Assembly: GCA_963714885.1 (NCBI GenBank)
Contig: CAVQQV010000004.1
Span: forward strand, 24,779 to 88,778
DNA length: 64,000 nt
Direction: 5' to 3'
Source of the DNA: Candidatus Sulfomarinibacteraceae bacterium
Lineage (GTDB): Bacteria > Acidobacteriota > Thermoanaerobaculia > Thermoanaerobaculales > Sulfomarinibacteraceae
In this document: positions 20,366 to 31,550 of the stretch, piece after piece
Numbering within the stretch: position 1 is the first letter of the stretch
Layout: the number at the start of each line of letters is the position of its first letter
Translations under genes and position numbers: made by a program
The notes under the pieces: generated by a model
Told to the model about the DNA's origin: nothing
Seen by the model: only the letters and a program-made list of their open reading frames with translations
Databases searched by the model: none

Positions 20366-20370
20366 TCTTC

Positions 20371-20476
20371 GGATTTCGGATTTCGGATTTCGAATTTCGA
20401 ATTTCCGGCCGCCCGCCCCCGGCTCGCGGGTTGGGTCGGGGACAAATCCGAAATCCGAAATCCGAAATCCGAAATC
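20371..20476. repeat. inverted pair of heptamer arrays: (GGATTTC)x3(GAATTTC)x2 at 20371-20405 and (AAATCCG)x4.7 at 20444-20476
   Basis: The arrays are reverse complements (33-nt arms, 2 mismatches by eye) around a 38-nt GC-rich loop. They lie between the pccB stop (20312) and the accC start (20499). Confidence 0.95.
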
Positions 20477-20498
20477 TTGCATTCTCCGGGACGCCGAC

Positions 20499-22018
20499 AT
20501 GAAGCTCCTCATCGCGAATCGCGGCGAGATCGCGGTGCGGATCATCCGCGGGTGCCGGGAGATGGGCATCAATACCGTCGCGGTCTACTCCGAGGTGGAC
20601 CGTCGCGCGCCCCACGTTTTGATGGCCGATCAGAGCTTTCCGATCGGCCCGGCTGAGGCCTCGAAGAGCTACCTCAACGTCGATCGTCTCCTCGAGGTCG
20701 CGTCTGCAAGCGGCGCCGACCTCCTCCACCCGGGCTACGGCTTTCTGGCCGAAAACGCCGACTTCGCGGAACGGGTCGAGGCCGCGGGCGTGACCTGGGT
20801 CGGGCCGCCGCCGGCCGCGATGCGGTTGATGGGCTCGAAGACCGAGTCGCGCAAGCTCGCCGTCGCCTGCGGGGTGCCGCTGATCCCGGGGTTGATGGAG
20901 CCCATCAGGGAGATCTCCGAGCTCGAGGCCTTCGTCGACGAACACGGGCTGCCGGTTCTCTTGAAGGCGGTGGCGGGCGGCGGCGGCAAGGGCATGCGAG
21001 CGGTGTCGGAACGTGGCGAACTCGCGAACGCCTGGGAGCGCGCGTGCTCCGAGGGACAGGCGTACTTCGGCGACCCTCGCGTCTATGTGGAACGGCTGGT
21101 CGACCGGGCGCGCCACGTCGAGATCCAGGTGGCGGCCGACCGCGACGGCAACGCCGTGTACGTCGGCGAGCGCGAATGCTCGATCCAGCGCCGCCACCAG
21201 AAGGTGGTGGAGGAATGTCCGTCTCCGGTGGTCGGGCCCGATCTGCGCCACCGCCTCGGTGAGGCCGCGCTCACCCTCGTCCGGGCATCGGGTTACTACT
21301 CGGTGGGCACGGTGGAGTTCCTGCTCGATCCCGACAGGTCGTTTTTATTTTCTCGAGATGAACACCCGGTTGCAGGTGGAGCACCCGGTGACCGAGGAGG
21401 TTTACGGCGTCGACCTGGTCGTCGAACAGATCAATCTCGCCCTCGGCAAGCCGTTGTCGCTGCGGCAGGAGGACCTGGTGCCCAGGGGCCACGCGATCGA
21501 GTGCCGGATCTACGCCGAAGACCCATTGCGCAACTTTGCCCCATCGCCGGGAAGGATCACGCTCTACGTGCGGCCCGCGGGCCCGGGGGTGCGCGTGGAC
21601 TCGGGTGTTATCACCGACAGCGTGGTGCCCCTCGACTACGATCCCATGTTGGCCAAGCTCGTGGTGTGGGCGCCGGACCGCGAAGCGGCGGTCAGCCGGT
21701 TGAGAGCGTGCTCTGTCGGAGTACCAGGTGAGCGGGGTCTCCACGACCCTGACGTTGTTCAGGGCGCTGGTGGAGATGGCGGCCTTCCGCGACGCCGATT
21801 TTCACACCGGCTTCCTCGATCAGTTGCTGGCCTCCGGCGGTCTTGCGGAGCTCCATGGACGACAGGATCCGGAGGCGGAGATCGCCGCCACCATTGCCGC
21901 GGCCTGTCTGGCGACCGCCGAAGCGGGTGGCCTGCCCGACGATCTCTTCGCCTACGGCGAGGACAGCAATTGGTGGAACGACGGCATCCGGGTGGCGCAC
22001 GGGAGGTTTCCGCGATGA
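20499..22018 (+). CDS. accC: biotin carboxylase subunit of acyl-CoA carboxylase, two apparent frameshifts (~21344, ~21700)
   Basis: MKLLIANRGEIAVRIIRGCREMGI...HPGYGFLAEN...LLKAVAGGGGKGMR...ERECSIQRRHQKVVEE...GTVEFLLDPDRSF, then (Y)FLEMNTRLQVEHPVTEE... in the frame of ORF 21013..22518, then SEYQVSGVSTTLTLFRALVEM...FHTGFLD in ORF 21728..22018. The first break lies in a T5 run (21342-21346) where T4 would restore SFYFLEMNTR. Confidence 0.85.
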
Positions 22019-22518
22019 GGTGGGTCATCCGCGGTGGCGAGGCGGAGCGCGAGGTTGACGTGCAACGGCACGGCGAGGTCTTCGAAATCACGGTAGACGG
22101 TGAGCCGCGCCGGGTGGAACTGGTGCGGCTCGATGGCGCCTTTGCCTCGCTCCGCTACCCCGACAGCGGGCGCAGCTTTCAGATCACCTACCACCACCGC
22201 GCCAACGGCAGCTGGAGAGTCGGCGTGGGGCAACGGGAGTTCGACCTCGCGGTGCTGTCCCCCGCGGAGGCGGTCGAGGCGGTCAGCGGTGGGCGCGAGA
22301 GCGGTCCGAGCCGTCTGACGGCGCCGATCCCGGGCAAGGTGGTGGCGGTCAAGGTGGCCCCTGGAGATGAGGTGGTGCCCGGACAGTCGCTGATAGTGCT
22401 CGAAGCCATGAAGATGGAAAACGAGCTCGCCGCAGAACAGGCCGGGCGCGTGGCCGCTGTCCACGTGGCCTCTGGTGACACGGTGGAAAGCGGCCAGCTG
22501 CTGGTGGAAATCGAATAG
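22015..22518 (+). CDS. biotin carboxyl carrier protein (biotinyl domain with ~90-aa N-terminal extension)
   Basis: ATG 22015 overlaps the accC stop (ATGA). The C-terminal APIPGKVVAVKVAPGDEVVPGQSLIVLEAMKMENELAAEQAGRV carries the EAMKME biotinylation motif. Confidence 0.8.
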   Translation: MRWVIRGGEAEREVDVQRHGEVFEITVDGEPRRVELVRLDGAFASLRYPDSGRSFQITYHHRANGSWRVGVGQREFDLAVLSPAEAVEAVSGGRESGPSRLTAPIPGKVVAVKVAPGDEVVPGQSLIVLEAMKMENELAAEQAGRVAAVHVASGDTVESGQLLVEIE

Positions 22519-22619
22519 GTAACCTGGCGCGCCGGATCGCCGTATATCAGAGTGTCTCCAGCTGAGCGAACGGAGGGATCTCCTCGTCGGCTGGTATTTT
22601 CGGGCGCCAGAATCGACGT

Positions 22620-24344
22620 ATGAAGAAAACCAGGTTCATCCTGCTTTCTGTTGGTGGTGTCGGTAGCCGTGGCCGGCCGGCCTTCGGCGCAGGTGCCACC
22701 GCCTCCTCCGGCGGGCACGATCGCGGCGGAGATGCAGGATCAGCACGGCGAATCGTCGCCCTATGGCGGAGTCGTCGATGTCACCGCCGTCAGCACGACC
22801 CTGATCGCCTTCGACGCCGACGGGCACCCCGTGCTCGACCTCCGCCCCGACGAGTTGTTGGTGCTCGAGGACCAACAACCGGTTCGGCTCCTCGGTCTCG
22901 AGCACGGAATCGGACCCGTGACGGCCACCGCGCCCGGCGAGGAAACGGGCGAGATCGCCGCGTCCGGGACGATGGATGAGACCGTTGAAGCAACTCCCTG
23001 GCGGGTTGTTGTCTATGTCAGCACCGAGCTTGCCGGTCGTTTCGTACTGCGGACCCTGTGCCGGCAGACGGCGGACAACGCCGCCCGTCTGACCGCCCTC
23101 GGACCGGTCGACGTGGTCCTGGCGGACCCGACCCCGACCTTGATGAGCGAAGCAGGCCGCCGCCCGGAAGACGTCGAGGCGGCGTTGAATCGTCTTGCAC
23201 ACGAAGCTTCGGGAGCGACCACCGTCGATGCGATTCGCAATGCCTTTACCCGCGAGTTCACACCGGGGGTCGGCTTTGACGTCACCTATACCTCAACCCA
23301 GCCGAGCCCGACGGCCGGTGCGGCCAAGGCGCGATCGTCGATCCACCGCGAGCGCACGATCATCCGCGGCGAGCTCGACCGTTTGGTGGCCTGGCTGCAG
23401 TCGCAACCGCCGGCCTCGCGCGGGTTGCTGCTGTGGATGACCGGTGGCTTCGATCTCAACCCCTCGGATTTCTACATCCCGCTGGTGTCGCAGATCGACC
23501 CCTACATGGCGGCCAAAATGCGAACCGACTACGCGGCCTTGAGTTTGGAAAGTGACGTCCGCCAGGTGGTGGAGGTGGCGCTCGCCTACGGCTGGACAGT
23601 CATGCCCGTCAACGCGACCCACGCCACATTCGCCTACGGCGCCGACGTCGGCGGGACCGGGAAGGCTCAGCACCACATGGGGGTCGGCGCCGGTTCGGTC
23701 GATGCACAGCAGGGCGACTTTCAGCAGGTCGCCCCCAACTATCCCGCTCCAGATCATGGCCCGCGCGACGGGTGGTGAGCTGATCGCCAGTGACAAGCCA
23801 GTTCGGCATGGCCCTTGATCTGCTTTCGGGTGCCTACCTCGTTACCTACCAGGCCGACCGGCCTACGGACGGCAAGCTGCACGCGTTGGAGATCCGCTGT
23901 ACGCGCCCCGGGGTGAGATTGCGCGCCCGTCAGTACGCCGCCTCTGGGAGCCTGCGCGGCGTGTCCACGACCCGTGCCCGCCGGGTCCTGGCCGGGGAAG
24001 ACCTCTCCGGCGGGCTCGAGATCTCGGCGTCCGTCGTCAATGTCTCCCAACAGCCCAAGGGCATGCAGACCGGCGATTTGAGGGTGACCGCCGGGATCAA
24101 CGAGCTTCGCGGCACGTTGCAGCCGCTCGACCTCGGGGAGATCCGGATGACCCTGGTGGTGGAAACCGGCGCCGGGTCGCCGTTTGTCAGCCACCGGGAA
24201 TTTCCGATCGAGTGGGACGATGTGGGTGCCAACTGGCAGTACGGTTCCGGTTTCCGCTGGCCGAAGAACGCCCACCGCGTCGCGGTGGTGGTCGAGGAGC
24301 TCGTGACCTCCACCTGGGGCACCACCGTCATCGAGCTCGACTGA
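22620..24344 (+). CDS. secreted VWA-domain protein (acidobacterial TIGR03436-like), three apparent frameshifts (~22655, ~23740, ~23800)
   Basis: The signal MKKTRFILLSV continues as VVSVAVAGRPSAQ in ORF 22651..23778 (…DVTAVSTTLIAFDADGHPVLDLRPDELLVLEDQQPV…). LQIMARATGGELIASDKP is in ORF 23552..23818, and the tail GMALDLLSGAYLVTYQADRPTDGKLHALEIRCTRPGVRLRARQ is in ORF 23790..24344. The architecture parallels the intact paralogue at 32017..33786. Confidence 0.65.
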
Positions 24345-24512
24345 CCAAAACCGTCTTGGTCAGGGGCCCGCCCGACGTTCGAAACAACTCGGTTGCGTGC
24401 TCAGTCTCTTGCAGAAGCCATCGAACTGTCACCCCGGGCGGCATGTATGCCGCTCCTGAATGAAAACCGCCTCAGGGTTGGAGGGGCGGGGCGAATCGGC
24501 CCGACCTTTCTC

Positions 24513-24702
24513 AAAGCCGTAGGCGGGTCCTTCACGTAAACGACCCGCCTACGCCTTTCAGAAACACCCCGACCACCGATAAAGCCGTAGGCAGGTCCTT
24601 CAGGGCCTGCCACCACAATGTTTCAGACCACGAATCGCGATCATGAAGACTTTTGCGTTCGTGGGCGGGCCGTAAACGACCCGCCTACGCCTGTCAGAGA
24701 AA
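24513..24702. repeat. cluster of three GTAG-headed palindromic (REP/REPIN-like) units
   Basis: Unit 1, 24513-24565: aaagccGTAGGCGGGTCcttcacgtaaacGACCCGCCTACgcctttcagaaac. Unit 2, 24581-24613, shares the 5' half (aaagccgtaggcaggtccttcag...cctgcc). Unit 3, 24661-24702, shares the 3' half (cgtaaacgacccgcctacgcctgtcagagaaa). Confidence 0.85.
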
Positions 24703-24776
24703 TCTTTGCCGAATTGATTTCGAAGGCTGCAAGAGGCTGTGCTCTCTGACGAGGCAGGTGATAGACTCTCCGATCA

Positions 24777-25763
24777 GTGATTTCAACCAGGATCGTTGCA
24801 CATTGGATTGCACTCGGCAGCGCCCTCGTGTTCGCGATGGTTGCGGGCGGGGGATCGGGATTTGCTGCGGACCCCGCGGACGGGCCGCCTTGCGTGCACG
24901 AACTCGTGTACGAGCCCTTTGCCGGGCTTGTCCTGGTCTCGGTGACCATCAATGGATCGCAGCCGATGGATTTCGTGCTCGATTCCGGAGCCACCCAGAG
25001 CTCGATCACCGATCCGTATCTGGCCGCTGCACTGGGTCTCGAAGTGGTCGAGGCCGGGTTCGCCCGCGGCATGGGGTCCGGAGCGACGCGGGTCCTCATA
25101 GTGGATGACGCCTCGGTTCGAGCCGATGGTTTTGAGGTGCTCCACGGGCCGCTGGTGGTGCACGATATCGGCGTCCGACTGTCGGCGATGGCTGGCCGGG
25201 ACATCCACGGCTTTCTCGGCGCCGATTTTTTCGAGCGCTGGGTGGTGGAGATCGATCCATCAAGGCGCCGCCTGCTCCTTTACGACCCGGAGACCGACAT
25301 CGACACCCGATGGGGCGAAGTCCTTCCCCTCGAGGTGGTCGACCGGCGACCGATCGTCGCAGCGGAGGTGGTGACCGAGATCGGGAAGAAACCGCTCTCC
25401 GTGCGGCTGGTCGTCGACACGGGTTCGAGCCGCTACCTGACCCTGATCAACGGGTCCAGGCGGCGTCTCAGGCCACCGGAGGAACGTTCGCTCGGGGCCA
25501 GCACGGGGGTGGTTGGTGAAACTCTGGTGACGGTGGCGCCGGTCGCACGGCTGACGGTAGGAGCCAGCGTCACCACCAACCTCGAGACCGCCTGGATGGA
25601 GCCGTACCAGATACCGGCTGTGCGCAACATCCCGAACCTCAACGGGATCCTCGGCAATGCCCTCTTGAGTCGTTACCGGGCGGTATTTGACACCCGGGGT
25701 GGGCGACTGATCGTTGGCGACATGTTCGGATCTCCGGATGCCGTGAACGAGATACCGGATTAA
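24777..25763 (+). CDS. secreted retropepsin-like aspartic protease (two pseudo-repeated Asp domains)
   Basis: GTG start, signal-like IVAHWIALGSALVFAMVAGGGSG. Two catalytic-type motifs, FVLDSGATQSSI and LVVDTGSSRYLTL, each followed by a Gly-rich flap region. Confidence 0.6.
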   Translation: MISTRIVAHWIALGSALVFAMVAGGGSGFAADPADGPPCVHELVYEPFAGLVLVSVTINGSQPMDFVLDSGATQSSITDPYLAAALGLEVVEAGFARGMGSGATRVLIVDDASVRADGFEVLHGPLVVHDIGVRLSAMAGRDIHGFLGADFFERWVVEIDPSRRRLLLYDPETDIDTRWGEVLPLEVVDRRPIVAAEVVTEIGKKPLSVRLVVDTGSSRYLTLINGSRRRLRPPEERSLGASTGVVGETLVTVAPVARLTVGASVTTNLETAWMEPYQIPAVRNIPNLNGILGNALLSRYRAVFDTRGGRLIVGDMFGSPDAVNEIPD

Positions 25764-25971
25764 TTGGTGAGGATGTTGCCCTCATGAGGCCTGAAAGCTG
25801 CCTGAATGTTGGCAGGGAGTTTGCAATCTAGGGCATTGTGAATTTGTCTCTAAAATAATGAGAATTCTGGAACACAAGGGAAAGGAGGACAAGGGGACCG
25901 GAGTGTAACGGGGGTGGTCGGTGGAATGACGTGCCCCTCAGAAAACAGATCTGGATTCAAGGAGGAAAGGT

Positions 25972-28941
25972 ATGAAAGTTTCGGGAAAGATTCTTATTGC
26001 GTTTCTGGCATGCACACTCGCGTCCGGCGCCCTGTTGGCCCAGACGACCCGTGGTGACATCCAGGGCCGCGTCGGCGACGAGGCCGGCACCGCCCTGCCG
26101 GGCGTGACCGTTGCCATCGACTCGGACGCGCTGATCGGGAAACAGGCCACCGTCACCGACGCACAGGGCACCTACAAGTTCCTCGTGCTGCCCCCGGGCG
26201 CCTACACGGTGACCTTCAGCCTGTCGGGTTACCAGACCCGTTCGCAGGAAAACATCGCGGTCAAGATCGGTTCCACCACCCGCGTGGACTCGGTCATGAC
26301 CTCGGCCTTCACCGACGAAGTCGTGGTGACCTCGGAGTCGCCGCTCGTCGACACCTCGAACACCACCATCGGTGTCGACCTGTCGTCGGACTTCTACAGC
26401 GGCCTGCCGACCGGCCGTAACTACACCTCGGTCGCCGCGGTGACCCCCGGCGCTCAGACCGACGCCTCGGGCACGACCTTCTACGGTTCGTCCGGCGCCG
26501 AGAACGCCTACTACATCGACGGCGCCAACACCACCGGCGTCGAGCTCGGCCAGCAGGGCACGACTCTCAACTTCGAGTTCATCGATGAGGTCCAGGTCAA
26601 GTCCGGTTCCTACAACGCGGAGTACGGCCGCGCCACCGGTTCGGTGATCTCCGTGATCACCAAGTCCGGCGGCAACGAGTTCCACGGCGACGTGTTTGGT
26701 TACTGGGATTCGGCCTCGCTGCAGGCCAGCCTGAAATCAGCGCCGGCCGACGGCGCGGTCTCGGGCACCTTCCAGACCGTCGACTACACCCGTTACGACG
26801 TTGGTGTGGACCTCGGCGGCTACATCGTCAAGGACAAGCTGTGGTTCTTCGCAGCCTACGACTTCGTCTCCAACGAGAACAACAACGAGGTCCTCAAATC
26901 GGCCCCGGTCGCAGGTGCGCCGGCGGAAGGCGACGTTCTCGGCGCAGACCACCGAGAGCGACCTGTGGGCGGCCAAGCTGACCTGGCGGATCGCGGCCAA
27001 CCACTCGCTGTCGGGCTCCGGCTTCGGTGACCCGTCCACCCAGACCGGCCCGCTTCCCGGGATCGGGCTCGCCGCGACGCCGCTCCATTACATGGGCGAC
27101 ATCGAGACCGGTGGCACCAACTACTCGTTCAACTACGACGGCATCTTCGGTCAGAACGTCGTCCTCAGCGCGCGCGCCGCGCAGCACAACGAGCAGAGCA
27201 TTCAGACCGGCGCCGGCGCCACGTGGTCGGCTATCATCGACCAGACCAACCCGCTCGGCGACGGCACCACCGTCTACGGATGGTCTGCGGACTCCAACGC
27301 CAACGACCCGGGTGGCTGGTTTTGGCTTCTTCCAGAACCAGGAGTTCTCGCGCGACCAGTACAACGTCGATCTGTCGTGGTTTGTCGGCAATTTCGCCGG
27401 CTCGCACGAGTTCAAGGGCGGCTACGAGTATGAAGACATCGGCGTCAAGAACGACAACTGGAACGGCGGCGCCGGTCAGCGGATCTACCGTTACAACTGC
27501 GTTCAATCAGCCACCCGCGACTGCCAGGGCAACGCCTACTACTTCAACCACCGGATCTACCTCAACTCGGCGGGTCTCGATGCGACCGAGTTGACCACCG
27601 CCGACATCCAGGCGCCCCTGACCGTCGACACCAAGGCCACCAACGACGCCTGGTTCGTTCAGGACACCTGGCAGGTGACCAGCAATCTGTCGCTGGCGCT
27701 CGGTGTGCGTTTCAGCACGCAGCAGCTCTACAACGCCGACGGCGAAGTCTCGGCCGACATCAACGACAACGTCGCACCGCGTCTCGGTTTTGTCTGGGAC
27801 CCCTCGAGCACAGGCAAGATGAAGGTCTTCGGCCACTGGGGCAAGTTCTACGAGACCATCCCGATGGACATCGTGATCCGCTCCTTCGGCGGCGAGATCT
27901 CGGTCTTCAGCTACAACCTCTCGGACGACCCCAACGACGTCGCCAACGACCCGACGGTCCGCGCCTCGCGGATCCTGGGCGGCGGCTTCTCGGATGTTGA
28001 CCCCGGCACCAAGGGCCAGAACCTCGAGGAGTACGTGGTCGGTTTCGAGTACGAGTTCGCCTCCGACTGGGCGGCCGGTATCAAGTACATCAACCGTCAA
28101 CTCAACCGGGTCATCGAGGATGCGTTGTCGGCCGACGGCAACTACTACATCGGCAACCCGGCCTACGGCCAGATGACCGGCACCTACGACCTCGGCTATG
28201 CCTACGGCTACAACCCTTGCCCGACTCCCGAGGAATGCCCGAACTTCCACCCGATCCCGGTCCCGACCCGCGAGTTCTCGGGTATCGAACTGACGTTGAA
28301 GAAGCGTTTCTCCAACAACTTCCAGTTCATCACCTCGTTCCTGTTCTCCGAAATGACCGGAAACTACGACGGCACCTTCCAGGCCTCGACCGGTCAGCTC
28401 GACCCCAACCTGAACTCGGCCTTTGACTACGCCGACTTCCAGGTCAACAACACAGGGGAACCTGTCGAACGACATTCCGTTCCAGTTCAAGTTCGACGGT
28501 ATCTACCGCTTCAACTTCGGGCTCTCGACCGGTCTTTCCCTCTACTACACCGACGGCAAACCGATCACGGCTATGGGCTTCTCCAGCGCCTACAACAACT
28601 GGGAGTACTACCTGTCGGAACGCGGCGCCTTCGGCAATGCGGATGCGTACTACGAGGCGGACGTCCACCTCGGCTACCCGATCAAGCTCGGCTCGAGCCT
28701 GGAGCTCAACGTCCTGGTCGACATCTTCAACCTGTTCAACATGCAGGGCGAGACGAGCCGCAGCCAGCGCTACACCACCACCGATACCGAGTACAGGGTG
28801 TACGACTGGGACACCGGCGTAGCGTTACCGCCGATCCGACCGGGTGACACCGACCGCCCGTCGGACAACCCGGCCTTCAACACGGCCAACAACTGGCAGG
28901 ATCCGACCACGGTCCGTCTCGGCGTGCGTCTGTCCTTCTGA
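25972..28941 (+). CDS. TonB-dependent-receptor-like outer-membrane barrel with N-terminal carboxypeptidase-regulatory-like domain, three apparent frameshifts (~26925, ~27315, ~28455)
   Basis: AGGAGG precedes ATG 25972. Signal MKVSGKILIAFLACTLASGALLAQ; CarboxypepD_reg block GRVGDEAGTALPGVTVAI...TDAQGTYKFLVLPPGAYTVTFSLSGYQT; plug-like ...VKSGSYNAEYGRATGSVISVITKSGGNEFHG. The barrel continues through ORFs 26801.., 27027.. and 28423..28941, ending in the aromatic terminal ...VRLGVRLSF. Confidence 0.8.
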
Positions 28942-28963
28942 TCAGGCTTTCAGAGCCATTACC

Positions 28964-28991
28964 GGGAGGGCCTTCGGGCCCTCCCTTTTTT
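28964..28991 (+). terminator. rho-independent terminator after the OMP gene
   Basis: GGGAGGGCC-ttcg-GGCCCTCCC followed by TTTTTT, 23 nt after the stop. Confidence 0.8.
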
Positions 28992-29020
28992 GATGTCTGG
29001 GCGATCCCGCCGGTGCTAGA

Positions 29021-31498
29021 ATGACCGCCATGTCGCGACGAAATCTCGTTGTTGTTTGCGCCATCGTCCTGGTTCTTGCAACCGTGCTGTGGGCCACGGT
29101 GGCCTGGGTCCCCGCCGAAGGCGGATTGTGGGTGTGGACACGCCGAGACGGGTCGGCTGCGGGTGCCGGAGGGTGGGCCCGCGATCGCTCCGAGGTGGTC
29201 GGGCGAGCGGCTCGAAGCCCACCGGTTGGCCGCAGAGGTGCCGGCCGCCACTGCCGATGGCGCCAAGGTCGAAACCGTGATCGAGCTTGCGCCCCCGGTG
29301 GGTGTGTGGCAGCTCGCCGCGGCTGACACGCCCGGTGAGGGGCTGCGGCGGAGCGTTGCCGACACCGTGCGGCAGACGGTTGGCAGTCTGCCGCTGGCCT
29401 GTTTTGTCGAGGGCTCGCCCGCCCCGGCGGGTTGTCCGCCGGACCCCGCGGCCTTCTTGCGCCAGGCGCTGGCGATGTCGCTCGGCGTCCCCGAGGGGGC
29501 GGTCGCAGTGACCCTGGAGCCCGACCGCGCGGAGGTTCGCGCGGGTCTGCTCGGCGAGATCGCGGCCGGGCTTTCGCTGCCGCGCCACAAGGTGCTGGTC
29601 CTCGGTCTCGACGGTCTCGACTGGGACCTCGTCCTGCCGTGGGTGGAGGCCGGGCGAATGCCCAACCTGAAGCGACTGATGGATGCCGGGACCTGGGGCA
29701 CGATGACGACCCTGGTGCCGATGCTGTCGCCTCTGATCTGGACCACGATGGCGACCGGGGTGTCGGCCGACGTGCACGGCGTGCTCGACTTCGTTGAAAA
29801 GGACCCCGAGACCGGGCAGATGGCGCCGATCACCGGGCGCAGCCGCAAGGTGCCGGCGGTCTGGAACATCGCCTCCGCGCTCGGGCTCTCCGTCGACGTG
29901 GTCGGGTGGTGGGCGACCTGGCCGGCCGAGCGGATCAACGGCACCATGGTCTCCGACCGTCTGTACTACACCCTGCAGCAGGGGATCCCCAAGGAGGTCT
30001 TTCACGAAGATCCTCCGGATCTCGTGTTCCCGCCCCAGCGGACCGCCGAGTTCACCGCCCTGCGCGACCGCGCGGTGGCCGAGACCGACTGGCGCGCGGT
30101 GCGCTTTCTGATGAATGTCCCCGAGGACGTCTTCGACCGGGCCGTCGCCGAAAACCTCGGGATGGAAGACCCGATCGACGGGATGCGCCGCATCCTCAGC
30201 GCCACCCGGACCTACCTGGGAGCGGGTCTGGACCTGGCCGCCGAAAAGCCGGATCTGATGATGGTCTACCTCGAGGGCACCGACACCATCGGCCACCTGC
30301 TGGCCCCGTACCTGCCGCCGCCGACCCTCGAGATCGACGATGCCACCGCCGCCGTCGTATGCGGCCGCCGTGCCCATCTACTTCGAGATCGTCGACCGCT
30401 GGATCGGCCGCTACCTCGAGACCTGCCCGCTCGACGAGTATGCGGTGGTCCTGGTCTCGGACCACGGTTTCAAGTGGGGCCGGGAGAGGCCCAGTGGTCT
30501 GTCCGGGACCGCCGGTCCGACGGCGCCGCTGTGGCACGCCGACGACGCGGTCTTCGTGATCGCGGGCACCGGGGTCGCGCGCCGCGGTCGGGTCGAGGAG
30601 AAACCCTCGGTATACGACGTCGCGCCGACCCTGGCCGCTCTCCTCGGGGTGCCCGCCGACCCGGTCTGGCCGACCGCACTGCTCCCCGGTTCGCCGCCGG
30701 CGGATCGCGGCCCCGGTGGAGTGGGCGCCGTTGGTGCCGCCGGCCTCCTACAGCCAGAGCGGTGGTGGGGTGGCGCCGGTCGACCCCGAGTTCATCGCCA
30801 AGCTCAAGGCCCTCGGCTATATCGGCGAGGACGGCACCAGCGCGGGTCGAGACGGCAGCGGAACCGTCCGCGCCGGTCGCCGCACCGACAGCGACCTGCC
30901 CGCCGCACCGACCCCGCAGCCGGCCAGCGCCACCCGCGGCCAGATCAACAACCTGGCGGTCATCAAGATCAACGAGAAGAAGTACGACGAGGCCGAGCGG
31001 TTGCTGCGGCAGGCGATCGCGATGAGCCCCGAGTACGCGTCGCCGCACTTCAACCTGCGCCGGATGTACATGGAGACCAAGCAGTGGGAAAAGGCCGACG
31101 AGCAGCTGTGGATCGCCGTCGACAAGGGCCTCCGCGACCCGGAACGGACGCTCGACCGCGCGGCCGCCGACTATGAAAGCCTGAGCCTGCCGGAACGCGC
31201 CGAGGCGCTGTTGACGCGCGCCATCGCGCGCTACCCGGAGCACGAGCCCTACTACGTCCACCTGATGGTGCTGCGGGTCCGCGACGATCGTTGCGCCGAT
31301 GCCATGCCGGTGGGCGCGGTGGCGTCCGAGAAGTTCCCCGGCAGCGGTCCGGTTCACGCCTTCTACGGCCTCGCCGCGGCCTGCGTCGGCGATGCCGAGA
31401 TCGCCCGCCGGGAGCTCGAGTGGTCGCTCGAGATCAACCCCCAGCAGCCGATGTTGCGCGAGGCGCTCGGGCAGCTGCCGCCTGGCGGCGGCAGCTAG
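29021..31498 (+). CDS. alkaline-phosphatase-superfamily enzyme (type I phosphodiesterase/nucleotide pyrophosphatase-like) fused to C-terminal TPR repeats, three apparent frameshifts (~29155, ~30350, ~30715)
   Basis: TM anchor MTAMSRRNLVVVCAIVLVLATVLWATVAW. Catalytic core KVLVLGLDGLDWDLVLPWVEAGRMPNLKRLMDAGTWGTMTTLVPMLSPLIWTTMATG...VYLEGTDTIGH...VLVSDHGF. TPR tail in ORF 30716..31498 (NNLAVIKINEKKYDEAERLLRQAIAMSPEYASPHFNLRRMY...). Confidence 0.65.
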
Positions 31499-31501
31499 CT
31501 C

Positions 31502-31550
31502 TTAGCTTTTAGCCGTTAGCTATTAGCTGTTAGCGGTTAGCTTTTGGCTG
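31502..31550. repeat. heptamer array (TTAGCNN) x7
   Basis: ttagctt ttagccg ttagcta ttagctg ttagcgg ttagctt ttggctg. It starts 4 nt after the TAG of the upstream gene and overlaps the last codons of the four-helix-bundle ORF on the other strand. Confidence 0.95.

Noticed and set aside
19449-21251. Very long antisense ORFs in the track (e.g. 19449..21251 -, 34497..36572 -, 29016..30377 -, 53947..55383 -, 3187..4083 -, 7655..8941 -)
   Set aside because: They lie opposite genes with strong family signatures and translate to Arg/Pro/Gly/Ala-rich low-complexity sequence. This is typical of stop-poor shadow frames in GC-rich DNA, and no motifs were recognised.
21335-21350. Programmed ribosomal frameshifting as the cause of the frame breaks
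   Set aside because: There are about 40 breaks scattered over unrelated genes in both directions. They occur at ordinary short homopolymers without a shared slippery heptamer or downstream structure. Sequencing indels are far more likely.
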